This document shows positions 13,392 to 29,399 of a stretch of DNA of 64,000 nt, piece after piece. The notes beneath the pieces were generated by a model. The model saw nothing but the letters and a program-made list of their open reading frames with translations, did no database searches and was not told the DNA's origin. Numbering within the stretch: position 1 is the first letter of the stretch; every line of letters begins with the position of its first letter. The position numbers and the translations under genes are program-made. The stretch lies in assembly GCF_009914755.1 (NCBI RefSeq), contig NC_060930.1; one strand, given 5' to 3'. The DNA is from the human T2T-CHM13v2.0 reference genome, Homo sapiens.

Positions 13392-13620
13392 CAGGACTTC
13401 AGCGCTCTTAACATTTTGGTCAGATACTTCTCCGTGGTGATAGTTTGTGGGCAGTTAACAGTGGTGGAGGGCTGTCCTGTGCATTGTAGCAAGTTTAGCA
13501 GGATCCCTGGCCTCCGCCCACTTAGATGCCATTAGCACCACTAGTTAACAACAATCGAAATTATCTTCACACTGTCAAATGTCCCCGGGAAGCAAAATCA
13601 CCCCCAGCTGAGAACCACCG
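13392..13620 (-). mobile_element. MER20 (hAT-Charlie)
   Basis: ctgtcctgtgcattgtagc...ccctggcctccgcccacttagatgcc...tgagaaccac. Confidence 0.75.
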
Positions 13621-14554
13621 AACTAGACCTTGAAGAAAGGGTAGAAGAGGATATCATGTTTGCCTCTTCTATATATAGTACATATTTAAATTTTAAAATA
13701 TGATATACATTTTAAAAGCAACGGATTTCTCATAGCTGGATTAACTTTGGAATGCCTAACCACCCCATGGCACCCCAGAACTGGGATCCACTGCCCCTAC
13801 TCTTGGTAGTGCTCTGTGCAGGCCACCTAAGCCCTGTCTTTTTTATGATGAGGCATGATATTAATTGGCTGCTGGAAGCCTCTCTAACTTGCAGAAGAAA
13901 GGATCAAAGTCTGCAGTTCAGGGAAGGAAGTTTTGCATTTATCATTGACCCAACTGGGTAATTTAAGAGCGACTTTCTGCTCAGGGTCAACTTCTCAGTG
14001 TGGTTTTTAATCCCACTTCATAGTTAGATGATTTGGTCACATCACTTTCCCTCCAAACCCCATTTCCTCGTCTGTTAAATGAGGAAAATCATGGTTCTTA
14101 CCTCACAGAGTTACTGTAAGGATTGAATGCAATAATGCCTGTAAAGTGCTGGCTCCGTCCCTGGCCATGTGCTAAACACTCTGACATTTGTTGTCTTCCT
14201 CATGTATATCATTATTGTGGTTGTCATTAAGTTGGGCTTCCGTTTCAGGACAGTTCAACAGTAAGCAGCCATTCCCTTTGTTGCTGGTGCTTCTGCAGCT
14301 ATTTTCCTTGCTCACCTATACCCACGCTGGCCCCAGTTTCAACCACAGGGCCGGCTGACCCATTTATTTAGCAGATAGGTGTTAAGCACCTAGCATATGC
14401 CAGCCACCATTCTAGGTACCAGGAATACAGCAGTGTCAGAACAGACAAAATTCCCTGCCTCTGTGTGGTTTGTGTCATAGTTGGTGAAGATTTTGCCACA
14501 TCATAAATACCCTGGTCTTGTCTTTGATGGGTTCTTTTTCTTTTATTTTTTAAA

Positions 14555-14745
14555 TGGTTCTAAGTATGTGGTGCTGGACCAGCAGCATTACTTGGGAACT
14601 TGTTAGAAATGAAAGTTTTCAGGTTGTACTCCAGACCCACTGTCAGAAACTCAGGAAGTGGAAGTGGGGGTGAGCAGCACTGGTGTATGGCTTAACAAGT
14701 CCCCAACGTCATTCCAATGCACCAAGTTTGTGTGTGAATCAGTGT
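14555..14745. mobile_element. MER5A
   Basis: tggaccagcagcattacttgggaacttgttagaaatg. Confidence 0.65.
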
Positions 14746-16929
14746 TTGGGAAAAGAAAGGAGTAGGGGGAAACCCAGGCCGTAACTGGGCTGCAATGTTA
14801 TATGGTAACATCAAATAAGGTGTTGCTCATATCATGAGATTCTAGTAACATCAGAGTTTACAAAGGATAGTCTTAGGTACACCAAGACACTTAAAACTAG
14901 CAGTACCCTTTGATCTCTTTCCTGGGCCTGGCCACCCCTCCTTTAAATGGGAGGGCTTTGGGAGGCCTCCTAAGTCACCACAGCACACGGGACTCAGTAA
15001 CAGAAATTCTTAGCCTTCCCTAGGCTTTTCCTTGCCTGATATACAAGGAAGTTGCTTTCCCCACTTTTCTCCAGACTTCTGGCATGTTTGACAATTATTT
15101 TTTCTTTTAATTCCTTCAGTTTTTATTGGCTTCTTACCTGGCATCATTAAAAAATTTTTATAGCTGCAATCAAATTGCCAACTGGATGGACAAGGCTTAT
15201 CTGAAAATGAAATGGTAGCTCTCCTTTGTATGTCTGGTAATTTGGGTATTTAAAGATACAGTGAAAAGTAAATGAAATGAGAGACTATGGGAAAGTGTCC
15301 AGTGTGGAGCTGGGCACAGGGTGACCGTTTGATAAATGCTGGTACAGTCTTCCCCCCAATCCCAACTCATTATAAAAACCAATAAAGGCATTAAATAGAC
15401 ACCACGGTTCTTTGTGTGAAAAGCTTTGGATTACATACAGTCTGAATGAGTGAATACCATAATGTAAATTGTAACCAAAATAATAGAATCCAAAATCTTA
15501 AGTAATGACTTTGAATAAAAATAAGTGTTTTAAAAGTTAGTAACTTTTTAAAAAATAAGTGTAATTAAATAAACTTTTAAATTTAAAAAGATGTTACTTG
15601 ATTTTTATTTCCTGATAATGGATTTAAAAAAAAAAAAAAAGGCCCAGATCAGACTGGCAGAAATACTTTTATTTCTGCACTAGCCCAAAGCCTGGATATG
15701 CTTATAAGGCATATAACCTGTCCATTTAACAGCTGTCATTTAATTCACAAACACTAATTAATTACAGCCATGTTAAAAGGGGTGTTTGGGACGGTTTGGT
15801 AGTTCCTTTTGAAGAAAACCTGTGTCTTGAAAATGCATATGAAAGATTACCAGGTTCTGTTATATATAGTCCAGGTTCGTCTTGGTGGTTCTATTCGAAA
15901 AATATCTCTCTGACCATCGGTGGGCATTTCCTCTCTCTTTCTGTCTACCTACAGCCAAAACAAGTTCTGGTTACAGTGACAGTTTTAAGTTTGCCATTTG
16001 TGGTTGGTTCTATTATAGAGGCTGGGGGAGGAAGGCAAGCAGTCCTCACTTCTTGCTTCCTGCCTTGCTCTAGAGTGTAAGGATCAGCTTCTCTAATCCC
16101 TTGACTTTTCACTGCTCTATGTAGTCAGGGTAGATAAGGGGTGGCCCTCAAACAACAGCCACCTCTGGAGGTCTAGCGTGACTAAACCACTGTCTTCTTT
16201 TCCAAATCGAGCACTGGGGACCGACGTGTGGGCCTCCCATCTGACTTGTGGAGTGAAAGAAATGGGAATAGAGCAGCGCTGTCCATATAGTCGAGTTTTG
16301 TAAATATTTGTCAGATGGAACTAGAGATGCATTATCACATTCGACAGTAACAAGTGGCAAGTGTTGAGCTCTTTTAAGTCTTGCTTTTTATTTCTTATAA
16401 TATGCAAATAACTGTTAAAATGGCCAGCCAGTTGGCTGTCTGTTTTAGCTAAGGTAGGTCTCTTGCAATTTTTGCACCCTAGGGAGATCTCAATAGGAGT
16501 AGGTCTAGCCCTAAACTGTGCAGGATTAGGAATTCTGATTTACTGATCTGGAGGGCGGCTTTGTGTTAATCAGAGTTCTAAAGGCGGACAAACTAGACTG
16601 TGAACTTAATACTTACCCTGAGAAGTATAACTGCCAAGTGGACAGTTGCAGAAATTGGTTATTGCCTGTGTTCTCGATCAGAAGGTTATTAGCTGTGTCA
16701 GAGTAAAGGCATTGAATGATCCCATTAGTACCTTCCAGCTGTGGTCTCCTCTCTAGAGCGTACCTGCAGGGGAGGGAGTACTGCTAGCCACTTATGGAGC
16801 ATATGGACACTGTCATTCACCCACCCAGGTGTCCAGTTCCATGACTCTGGTGTGAAACACTGAATTTGTTTGTTACCTTTTTTTTTTTGTAAGAAAATAC
16901 TTGTTTTTAGTACCTGCTTATTATTTTTT

Positions 16930-17560
16930 TAAAATAAAAAATATATAAGGAAGTGGAGTGAAAATGAAAATACTTTCTTCATTCCCTCTTGATCTTGCTT
17001 CCTTCCCAGAGATAACCACAATCACAGCTTGGCCTTTCCTTTTTATAATCATTTGCAAATCTATATTTTATTTATATAAAAGTAAAAATGATTCAAAAAT
17101 ACAAAAGTGCACATCGTGGCTTGCCCTTTTGCTTAGTATTTCCAGAGACGTAATTCCCTATCTGTATATATTGTTGCTCATTATTCTTTGTAATAGCTGC
17201 GCTGCCACTCGTTATATAGATATGCCAGAATGTGTTTAGTTATTCCCATTTGATGGTCATTTCTGTCATTTTTCATTTTAACTATTGCTATTATGAACAG
17301 TGCTACATTGGATATCTATGTACATAAGTTTTTGTGCTTGTGTGTATTTCTGTAGGCTGCATTTCTAAGCGTTGAATTTTTATATCACAGGGCATGTATA
17401 TTAAAATGCTGATAGATTAGATAGGTCCAAATTACCCTCCAAAAAGGCTGAACAAATTTATATTCCCACCACAAGTGTAGAGAGTTGCCTGTTTTCTCAT
17501 ACTTTTTCCAACACTAGGTAACATTAGTCTTTTTGCAGTTGCTGCTCATGCTAGATAGTA
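16930..17560 (-). mobile_element. Old L1M (L1ME-like) 3' fragment
   Basis: ccaaattaccctccaaaaaggctgaacaaatttatattcccaccaca... degenerate L1 end. Confidence 0.6.
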
Positions 17561-17565
17561 CCTCC

Positions 17566-18118
17566 TTTTATTTATTTATTTATTTATTTATTTACTTACT
17601 TACTTACTTACTTATTTTGAGATGGAGTCTTGCTCTGTTGCCCAGGCTGGAGTGCAGTGGCATGATCTGGGCTCACTGCAACCTCCATTTCCCAGGTGTT
17701 CAAGCAATTCTCCTGCCTCAGCCTCCCCAGTAGCTGGACTACAGGCGCACGCCACCATGGCTGGCTACTTTTTTCATATTTTAGTAGAGTTGGGGTTTCA
17801 CCGTGTTGCCCAGGCTGGTCTCAAACTCTTGAGCTCAGTCAATCTGCCCGCCTCAGCCTCCCAAAGTGCTGGGATTACAGGCGCAAGCTACTGTGCCCAG
17901 CCAATTTTTATTTATTTATTGAGACAGAGTCTCATTCTGTTGCCCAGGCTGGAGTGCAGTGGTGCAGTCTTGGCTCTCTGCGACCTCTGCTTCCCGGGCT
18001 CAAGTGATTCTTCCTCCTCAGCCTACTGAGTAGCTGGGACTAGTGGCGCATGCCATCACACCCGGCTACTTTTTGTATTTTTTGTAGAGATGAGGTTTTA
18101 CCATGTTGCCCAGCCTGC
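17566..18118 (-). mobile_element. Two tandem Alus (full 17566-17902; 5'-truncated ~17905-18118)
   Basis: Alu consensus with (TTTA)n/(TTAC)n tails. Confidence 0.88.
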
Positions 18119-18475
18119 CTCCTTATTTTACTTGTATGTTTTTTAAATTATTGCTGCTGCTACCACCACCACCGCTACTATTACTGCTACTGACTAATGT
18201 TTATTGAATGTTTTTATGTGTCAGGGATAGTTTTAAGCACGTTATATGAAATCACTAATTTAAACCTTAACATCTCTATAAAGTGGGTGTGATTATTGTC
18301 CACATTTTACAGATGATGAAAAAGACGAATTAGTAAATTTAAGTATCTGCCCTAATTTGCATTTCTGTGAGTAGCCTCTTTGAATTCTTTATCATTTTTG
18401 TGCCCAAGGCTATTTATAGTTTTCTTACTGAATTATTGGAACTTTTAATGAACTATAGATAATGGGCTTTCTCTG

Positions 18476-18500
18476 GTGTGTGTGTGTGTGTGTGTGTGTG
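18476..18500. repeat. (TG)n microsatellite
   Basis: Direct inspection. Confidence 0.9.
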
Positions 18501-18511
18501 TATAGTAAATA

Positions 18512-21084
18512 CAGGCATACCTCAGAGATATTGCAGGTCTGATTCCAGAGCACAGCAATAAAGCAAATGTCACAATAAAGCAAGTCATATGGAGTTTTTG
18601 GTTTCCCAGTGCATATAAAGTTTACACTGTACTGTAGTCTATTCAGTGGGCAACAGCATTATATCAAAAACCAACGTACATATTCTTAACTTAAAAATAC
18701 TATATTGCTACAAAATGCCAACAATCCCCTGAGCCTTCAGCGAGTCATCTTTTTGCTGGTGGAGGGTTTTGCCTTCACACTGAAGACTGTTGCTGTTTAG
18801 GGAAGAAGTCATTGAATGCTGGGGCAGCTGTGGCAATTTCTTCACATAAGAAAAAATCAAGTTTTCCACATTGATTGACTCTTCCTTTCATAAAAGATTT
18901 CTCTGTAGTATGTGATACTATTTGATAGCATTTTTCCCACACTAGACCTTCTTTCAAAATCAGAGTAATCCTTCCCAAACTGTCCTGCTGCTTTATCAAC
19001 TAAATTTATGCAATATCCCAAATCCTTTGTTGTCATTTCAACATTGTTCACAGTCATCTTCCATCTCAAGAAATCGCTTTATTTGCTTATCCGTAAGAAG
19101 CAACTCCTCATCTATTCAAGTTTGAACATGAGATTGTAGCAGTTCAATCACCTATTAACGCTCCATTTTCATTCTAGTTCTCTTGCTACTTCCACCACAT
19201 CGGCAGTTTCTCCACTAAGTCTTGAACCCCTGTCATCCATAAGGGTTGGGATCAACTTCTTCCGAACTTCTGTTAATATTGATATTTTGGCTTCCTCCCA
19301 TTAACCATGAGTGTTGATATTGGCATCTAGAATGGAGACTCCTTTCCAGAAAGTTTGTAATTTACTTTATCCAGATCCTTTGGAGGAATCACTATTTATG
19401 GCAGCTATAACCTTACAAAATGTACTTCTTAAATAATAAGACTAGAAATTCAAAATTACTCCTTGATTTATGGGCTGCAGAATGGATGTTGTGTTACCAG
19501 CCATGAAAACATTAATCTCCTTGTACATCTCCATCAGAGTTTTTGTGTGACCAGGTCTATTGTCAATGAGTGGTAATATTGTGAAAGGAATCTTTTTTTC
19601 TGAGCAGTAGTTATCAACAATGGGCTTAAAATAGTCAGTAAACCATGCTGTAAACAGATGTGCTGTCATTCAAGCTTTATTACTTCACTGATAGATCACA
19701 GAGTAGATTTAACATAGTTCTTTTTTCTGACCTGGGCTGGTTCACCCCTCCTTAGGCAACCTGGTGGTCCCCCACTCCCAGGAGGTCGCCATATTGATGC
19801 CGAACTTAGTGCGGACACCCGATCGGCATAGCGCACTACAGCCCAGAACTCCTGGGCTCAAGCTATCCTCCCACCTCAGCCTCCTGAGTAGCTGGGACTA
19901 CAGGCATGTGCCACCGCGCTCGGCGATCTAGCATAGTTCTTAAGGGCCCTAGGGTTTTTGAAATGGTAAACGATCATTGGCTTCAACTTAATGTCACCAA
20001 TTGCATTAGCCCCTAACCAAAGAGTCAGCCTGTCTTTTGATGCTTTGAAGCCAGATATTGACTTCTCCTCTCTAGCTATGCAAGTACTAAGTGGTATCAT
20101 CTTCCAATAGAAAGCTGTTTCATCTACATTGAAGATCTGTTGTTTAGGGTAGCCACTTTCATGAGTGATCTTAGCTAGATCTTCTGAATAACTTGCTGCT
20201 GTTTCTATGTCAGCACTTGCTGCTTCGCGTTGCACTTTTATGATATGGAGAAGGCTTCTTTCCTTAAAGGTCGTGAACCAACTTCTGCTACCTTCCAACC
20301 TCTGCAGCTTCCTCACCTGTCAGCCGTCAAAAGAGCTGATGAGATTTAGGGCCTTGCTCTGGATTAGGCTTTGGCTTAAGGGAATGTTGTGGCTGGTTTG
20401 ATCTTCTATCCAGACCACTCAAACTTTCTCCATATCAGTAATAAGGCTGTTTTGTTCTCGTGTCATTTGTGTGTTCATGGAGTACCATGTTTAATGTCCT
20501 TCAAGACCTTTCCCTTCACATTCACAACCTGGCTAACTATTTGGCACAAGTGGCCTAGTTTTTTGCCTATTTCAGGTTTTGACGTACATTTCCTCACCAA
20601 GCTTAATAATTTCTAGCTTTTGATTTAGAGGGAGGGATGTGTGATTCTTCCTTTCACCTGAACACTTAAGAGACCATTGTGGGATTACTAATTAGCCTAA
20701 TTTCAGTATTCTTGTTTCTTAAGGAATAGGGAGGCCCGAGAAGAGGGTAAGAGACAGGGTACAGCTGGAAGGTGGAGCATTCAGAACACGCACAATGGCT
20801 ATCAATTAAGTTTGCCATTATATATTGTTACTAAACATTATTTAGTGACATTAGTAATTGCAATAGTGACATCAAAGATCACTGATCACGGATCACCACA
20901 ACAGACATAATAGTAATGAAAAAGTTTGAAATATTACGAGAATTACCAAAATTTGACAGAGATATGTAGTAAGCACTGTTGGAAAAATGGTGCTGATAGA
21001 CTAGCTTGATGCAGGGTTGTCACAAACCTTCAGTTTGTAAAACACTGCAGTATCCGTGGAGCACAATGAAATGTGGTATCCCTG
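18512..21084 (-). mobile_element. Near full-length Tigger1 (pogo-like DNA transposon) with decayed transposase
   Basis: TA|CAGGCATACCTC ... GTGGTATCCCTG|TA termini. Transposase fragments ([42 protein letters not shown]) in minus ORFs 19876-20316 and 19442-19669. Confidence 0.93.
19723..19924 (-). pseudogene. 7SL (SRP RNA) retropseudogene, 5'-complete and 3'-truncated at ~nt 200
   Basis: Contains the non-Alu S domain (GCGCTATGCCGATCGGGTGTCCGCACTAAGTTCGGCATCAATATGG...GGTTGCCTAAGGAGGGGTGAACC); 17-bp TSD. Confidence 0.93.
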
Positions 21085-21167
21085 TATTGTTTTGCCCAAG
21101 CCTATTATGTTTCTTTTGATTTTTCTATGATGTATTTCTTTCTACATATGTTTATTTAGTTTTTATA

Positions 21168-22160
<993 letters not shown>

Positions 22161-22242
22161 TAATCTGCAAACCATAACAATATTCTATATATTTTTTCTC
22201 CTGGCTTCATAATTTTATTATTTTGATCTTTAACCTCAGTGG

Positions 22243-22246
<4 letters not shown>

Positions 22247-22291
<45 letters not shown>
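22247..22291. repeat. (TG)~22 microsatellite
   Basis: Direct inspection; a further imperfect (GA)/(TG) tract at ~22400-22495. Confidence 0.92.
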
Positions 22292-22295
<4 letters not shown>

Positions 22296-23317
22296 AAAGG
22301 TGTGACTTTATTTTTCCTAAACGAATAGCCAGTTAAACTAGTGCCATTTATTGGATGGTTCCGCTTTCCCCACGCATGCACTTGAAATGCCCTTTTCTCA
22401 GAGAGACACAGAGAGAGTGTGTGTATGTGTGTGTGTGTGTGTGTGTGTGTACATGCATACATGCATGTATGTGCTGTGTGCATGTGTGTCTGTGTTGTTC
22501 TGTCTCTGAACTTTCTACTCTGCTCCATTGATACCTTTATCCCTTTGTAAAGAAGCAGCACACTGTTTTGAATACAGTAGCTTTGTGATATGATTTGCTA
22601 TAGATAAGGAAAATCTGCTTCCTGTTATATACTTTTTTTTTTCATTAAAATTACAGTTTTTATGTTCATGCTTACTTGCATTTTTACAAATTGAGCTTCT
22701 TCTCCCCCATCCACTGTGAGTTTAGGGTTATAAGAAAAAAAACTCTCTGCACTTATTAGATAGTCTACTGCACTGGGAATAGCAGTAAGCTGTTTACATT
22801 TTTTCTTTCATCTGATACAACAAACCTTGAGAGTTGGTGCCAATATCCTCATCTGTAGATGAGGAAAGTGAGGCTCAGTGATGAAGCAGTTTGTCCAAGG
22901 CTGCATTTCTGGACATTGGCAGAACCAGGGTTCCAGACCAAGTCCAGGAAATTTCGAAACCTCTCTTAACCATTATGCAACCCAGACACGTGGGGTTTTC
23001 TCACATGACGAGGGCAGGCCATTGTTTAGGGCGGGTTATCAGGTGTTTCTCCATGTCCTGCAGGGCGGTCAGTGGCTTTTACAGAGTAGAGTGTTTATTG
23101 CATGAAGGGAAGACCTAGCAAGATCTCTCTAAAGGATTTATCCATTGGGGCAGCAAGAGTTGAAAAATTTGGCTTTGCCAAGGGTATTTGTTCAGATTTA
23201 GGATACAAGTCAAGTTGGGACCACAGGCTAAAGTTTAAGTGAGTGGGGAGAGAAATTATTTACCCAATGCTTTTTTTTAATGCCAGACACTGTAACCCTT
23301 CCTCGGCTCTTTTCTAG

Positions 23318-23737
<420 letters not shown>

Positions 23738-26170
23738 CCTTCTACCTTTTAGAAGAAAATGCAAGAACGTGTCTTAGCTCTCTAGTGGAGGAACAGAGGT
23801 CTCAGGTGGATCCAGAAATGCTTTGCTATAGAGTGGCATTTAAACTGGGACATTCATGTGTCTAAATTACCTAACAGTTTGAGCCCTCCCTTCCCCCGAG
23901 GTGGTTGCTTCTTCATTTGAATTCTCTCAGGTGCCTTCTGTTGGTTCTTAGAGGTGAACATCAGAAAAGTAATTTTCTTTGGAGAAGTTTGAAGCAGCCT
24001 CCCAAACAGAAGTCCTGTTGAGCTCCCACTGGGAGTTTTGGAAAAGTAATCTCATTTATTAGGAATAGTGTATTGATTTTGTGTGTAAAATGGACTAAGA
24101 GGCCTGTGACAATGAGTCCATTTGAAATTGCAAATTTAAATATCTAATACAATAGTTGTGCGGAAATACTACACCAGAATATAAATGATTAGCTGCTTAG
24201 TGAATTTCTCATGTGCATGTAATTAATTGGCAGTGGTGGTGGGGATCAAGTTTGTTTTCATATCCTGAGTCCTTTAATTTACCTTTTCTTCAACAATTAC
24301 TGGTGTAAGTATAGGGGAATTAAATCTTAGTGTCTTTTATAAAAATATATAGTTTTGCTTTGTCATTCATTTATTGTTTTTTGGTCTACATTATCCAATT
24401 TTGTATTACACAATAGAAGGCACCTAATCAAAGATTTCTTGTTTTTACTGCATGATTGCACTCTTAATTTTGTGAAAGCATAGGTTTACTTCCAGACTGA
24501 GAGGTAAATGAATAATTATTTTGTGATTTATTTAGCACTTGCCGCCCCAATCTTGTTTTTCACGTCTGCAGTTATGGCTGAAATATCTATTCCATTCCCA
24601 GCCTCTCTGTTGGTGGTATCTGCCTGATCTCCACCTAGTGTCATTGTGGGATCGTGGCCACACATGGGCCTTCCAGGGCTGTGCTATTGGTGACCAGTGG
24701 TGCTTGTAACCCTGAAGTGTTGGCATGGCCTCAGCTGACTGGGCTTTCCCTCATGCCCAGGGCTTAAACTTGAACTCTGCCTGCTCTGTTAGCAGTTTTT
24801 CTCTACATTTCTTTTAAAATAGACTTTCACTTCTTCCTTCCCATCCCCCCCAATACAACTGCCCTGGCATCCTGGCTTTTTCCATTCTTGACAAATGATC
24901 TGTCCACTGTAACTGTAGCTCCACTGTGCTGATATCTGTTGAAATTAGACCTAGAATCTAAATGTGGCTCCATGAAACTATGGGTGAGACATTTTTTTTC
25001 TTCAAATAGTCTATGGTTTATTGGCACCCCAAACCACCTATCCATACCTTCTCCACTGTGATGCTGGGGGAAGAAAATGGGGTAATATATGTGTAAAAGT
25101 GACTGAGAATGAAAAGTTCTGCATAAGGTACAATGTTAGCTGGGGTTTTTGCATATATAATAAGAAGACAAATGTTCACTACCACTCCTGCCTGCCTTCC
25201 CTGGGCATATCGAACTGATTCCAGCCTAATAGCATTTCTTATCATATAATGGGAATCACAAACCCTCCCTATGTCCGCTCCTACAGCGCCTTCTTACCGT
25301 AATGAGGCTTTGTAACTCAAAGATTTAAACATCTCATTTATGCTCCATTGACTGAGTTAACCAAACACTTTGTATTTGGCCCTTTCCTCTTAGAAGTTCA
25401 GAACAATAATATGGTCCTGAAACTACTCCTGCAAAATCTGCTTAGGGAAGAAGGGTCGGCCAGGGCAGGGGTTACATTGGGGTTTGCAGTGTAGTCAGGC
25501 ACCAGGGACCTGGCAGGTTGGGTGGGATCAATTCTTTTCACCTCAGGGCTCCAGTTTCTCATTTGTCAAATAAAAGTGATTTCTAAGGCCCCCTTCTGCT
25601 CAGACCTTCTGTGACTGTCCACTAAGCCACAGAGACTCACTGTGGCCATTGAATTCTTGGGGACCTCAGGGAGGTTTTGCTGCCGAAGTGACTGCCCATT
25701 CTGCCGGCATACATTTGGACTACCATTTGAGGTGACTTGGAGAGAATGTCACTGTGGAAGTTGGCCTTCCTGACACCTGCCACACACCTTCCATGCCATG
25801 CATCTCCTCTTTTCGAAGTCCTAGGAGCTCCTTGATGATATTTACTATTTACATTTGCATCTCTGATAGTGCTCTTTCCAAGTGAGTTGGCAGCAGTTCA
25901 TTTAAATTCTGAAGCAGATCTCTGAGTTAGGGTTTGGTTCTTCTGGCCTTTGAGATGGGTGCTGCCCAGCACAGCAGGCCTCGGTGAACACTGCTGTTCA
26001 CCAAGGGACTTTGGTCCCTCTCCTGCAACGATTCAGTGAACTGCCTTGAAGCTCTCGCAGGGACTCTGAAGTACTGAAATGTTTATTTCTAAGTTAGAGG
26101 CGAGGAAATGAAACTAAGGTCACAGACATTTAGTGATTTTCTTTTCTCCCAAGGTGAGGGAGGTGGTTAA

Positions 26171-26577
<407 letters not shown>

Positions 26578-26990
26578 TAACATGGGACAGTTAATGACTT
26601 ACCTCTCAGGGTTGACTGGGAAGGGAGCGGCTGAATGAGAACCAATGTTGGGAATGTAGACAGGGTCAGAAAGGTTAGCCCTCTGATACGTGCTAAGCAA
26701 AGATTAGAGTTGGTGCTGAAAACAGGTCTCTTGCCTAAATCTTGGATTAGTACACAACTTCCACATATAAAGAGTTAGGGGCATCTTTAGGTAGATAAAT
26801 CTATTTTAATTGTTCCGTAAATATATTTAGAAGAATTTTGGTCAACATGGATTTGGTGCAAATTTCGTTGCAGCTTTTTTTCCCCCTTTTGTTATTCTAA
26901 GCTGCCCTACAATGATATTTTTAGAAATTTCTGGGAACTCAAGACTGTCATTGCCAGGGCAGAGCCAAAACACCAGAGGTTCTCGTAGAC

Positions 26991-27210
26991 CAGTGGTTCT
27001 CAACTGGGGAATGTTCTGCCCCTCATGTGACCTTTGGCAATGTCTGGAGACATTTTTGATTTTCGTAACTGGGAGTGGGAGATGCTATTGGCATCTAGTG
27101 CGTAGAGGCCAGGGATACTGTTAAACATACTATAACATATGTGACAGCCTCCCCACAACAAAGAATTATCCAGCCCAAAATGTCACTAGTGCCAAGGTTA
27201 ACAAGTCTTG
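26991..27210 (+). mobile_element. MER20
   Basis: cagtggttctcaactgggg...tttggcaatgtctggagacatttttg...cccaaaatgtcactagtgccaaggtt. Confidence 0.88.
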
Positions 27211-27293
27211 CTCTCAGATAATTCTTTGCCTATCACAGGCATTCTTTGTCCCCAGCTACAGTGTCATATAAGCCATCTCAAACAAGGGTATAT

Positions 27294-27613
27294 TCGTTGT
27301 CCCCCTTATCCACGGTGTTGCTTTTCGTGCTTTCAGTTACCTAAGGTCCAAAAATATTACATGAAAAATTCCAGAAATAAACAATTCATAAGTTTTAAAT
27401 TGCACTCGGTTCTGAGTAGCATCATTAAATACCACCTGGGACTTGAGTCATCCCCTTTGTCCGGTGTATTCGCACTATGTTACACTATTCCCCAACCCTC
27501 ATTCCTTACTGTATAGGAAAAAACAGTATGTATAGGGTTTGGTACTATCTGAGGTTTCAGGCCTGCAGTAGGGGTCTTGGAATGTATCCTCGGAGGATGA
27601 GGAGAGACTACCG
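27294..27613. mobile_element. MER44A (Tigger7-related MITE)
   Basis: gtcccccttatccacgg...aattccagaaataaacaattcataagttttaaattg...ggtactatctgaggtttcagg. Confidence 0.8.
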
Positions 27614-28171
27614 TATTTTTTCCGGAAAGTCTAGGACCATTTCTCAAACTAAGAGAAGGACAAAGTTGGAGAGGAAACTGTTTCTGTTCTGCATAGTTTG
27701 AGATATGTACAATTTTGAGACCCAATCCAATTTTTTTCCAACCACTTTCTTGTGTGTTTTTTTTTTCAGTATCTTAACCCACATTGATGTTTTATCTTCT
27801 GTAAGCACTAAACAGTGGCAAGTTACACAAATAAAATGTGTGCTTACTACATTTTAATTGCTCTTTTTTATGCAAATAATAATAGATGGTTTTTTTGTTC
27901 TTACACATTGATTCCTGGGGGAATTTTAATATTTTATTAAATATTAAATAAAATGCCCTATTTTTTTCCTTTCAAATTGAACCACCCTAGTTATAATGAG
28001 CCATCAGTTCTAAAATGAATCCTCTCTGTTAAAATGGCAGCTTGTTCTAACTAATCATGCTTTGAGTATTCTGCTGTAGTTAATCAAAGTTAAAATAGGA
28101 GGTTATATTTTAAATATAAATTCTACTTTTAAATTCTAAATTTGCTATTTTTCCATTCTGGAATATTATGA

Positions 28172-28365
28172 TAGGGTTACCAGATAAAATACACGATGCC
28201 AAGTTCAATTTGAATTTCAGATAAACAACAAATAACTTTTTTAGTATAAGTAGGTCCCATGCAATATTGGGGATATAGATATTTTTTAAATTTGTTGTTT
28301 GTTTGAAATTCTAATTTAACTTACTTAATGCTCTGTATTTTTATTTGCTAAATCTGATAACTCTA
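28172..28365. mobile_element. MER53 palindromic MITE
   Basis: tagggttaccagataaaatac...gtcccatgcaatattgggg...aatctgataactcta; ~194-bp imperfect inverted repeat. Confidence 0.85.
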
Positions 28366-28804
28366 AAGATAGGACTCAGGATAATTGGAAAATACCAGGA
28401 AATACCACTCACGTCTGACATCTCCCTGCATAACTTTATCTTGGATGTTTTACTTTACAAAGTATTAAGTAATAAATCTCGTATAGTTATTTGCCAAAGA
28501 GAAGGAAATAAATTTCTGAAGGGAATTTAGAAAATTTGTCCCATAAGCACATTTATTGGTCTTAAAGGGTAGCTTGAATAAACTGGAGTTAGTTGTTCAC
28601 GTGACATTCAGAAGTACCATATTTGACATAACACCTCAATTCCAGAGGGGAAACTTGGATGGGAGAGAAAAATCCTTTTTATGGGTTGGCTTCTAGAGAT
28701 TACCTAGAACTTAAGTGAGGTGATTTTACTCTTTCTTCTTTTCATAAGCAGTAGGATTCACTTCAGAGTTGAGGGCCTGTTGCAATAGAGGGACATGTTG
28801 ATTA

Positions 28805-29083
<279 letters not shown>

Positions 29084-29399
29084 TTAGATTATCTTTGGAA
29101 AATAGCAAAAAGGCCCAACCAAAATTCTCACTTAAAACACAGAATTCACAAGAGTGTGCTGAAAATGAGCATGCCGGAGACACGGTATTCCTCAACACTT
29201 CTCGTCATCAGCTGACACCTGAATCTACCCGGTGGGAGGAATGCAACTGTCTCTGGATGCCACTATCATTACATCTCTGTGGCCTCAAATGGGTCCATTG
29301 CAGAATCTTGCTATCTTCAGTGACCTTAAAGATGTTTTTGCTTCTGGAGAAGGAACCAGCTGCATCAACGGTGATCTGCTGACTTCATACAGTACTCCG

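Noticed and set aside
18775-20316. Possible domesticated TIGD-like transposase gene
   Set aside because: Broken by stops, frameshifts and the 7SL insertion.
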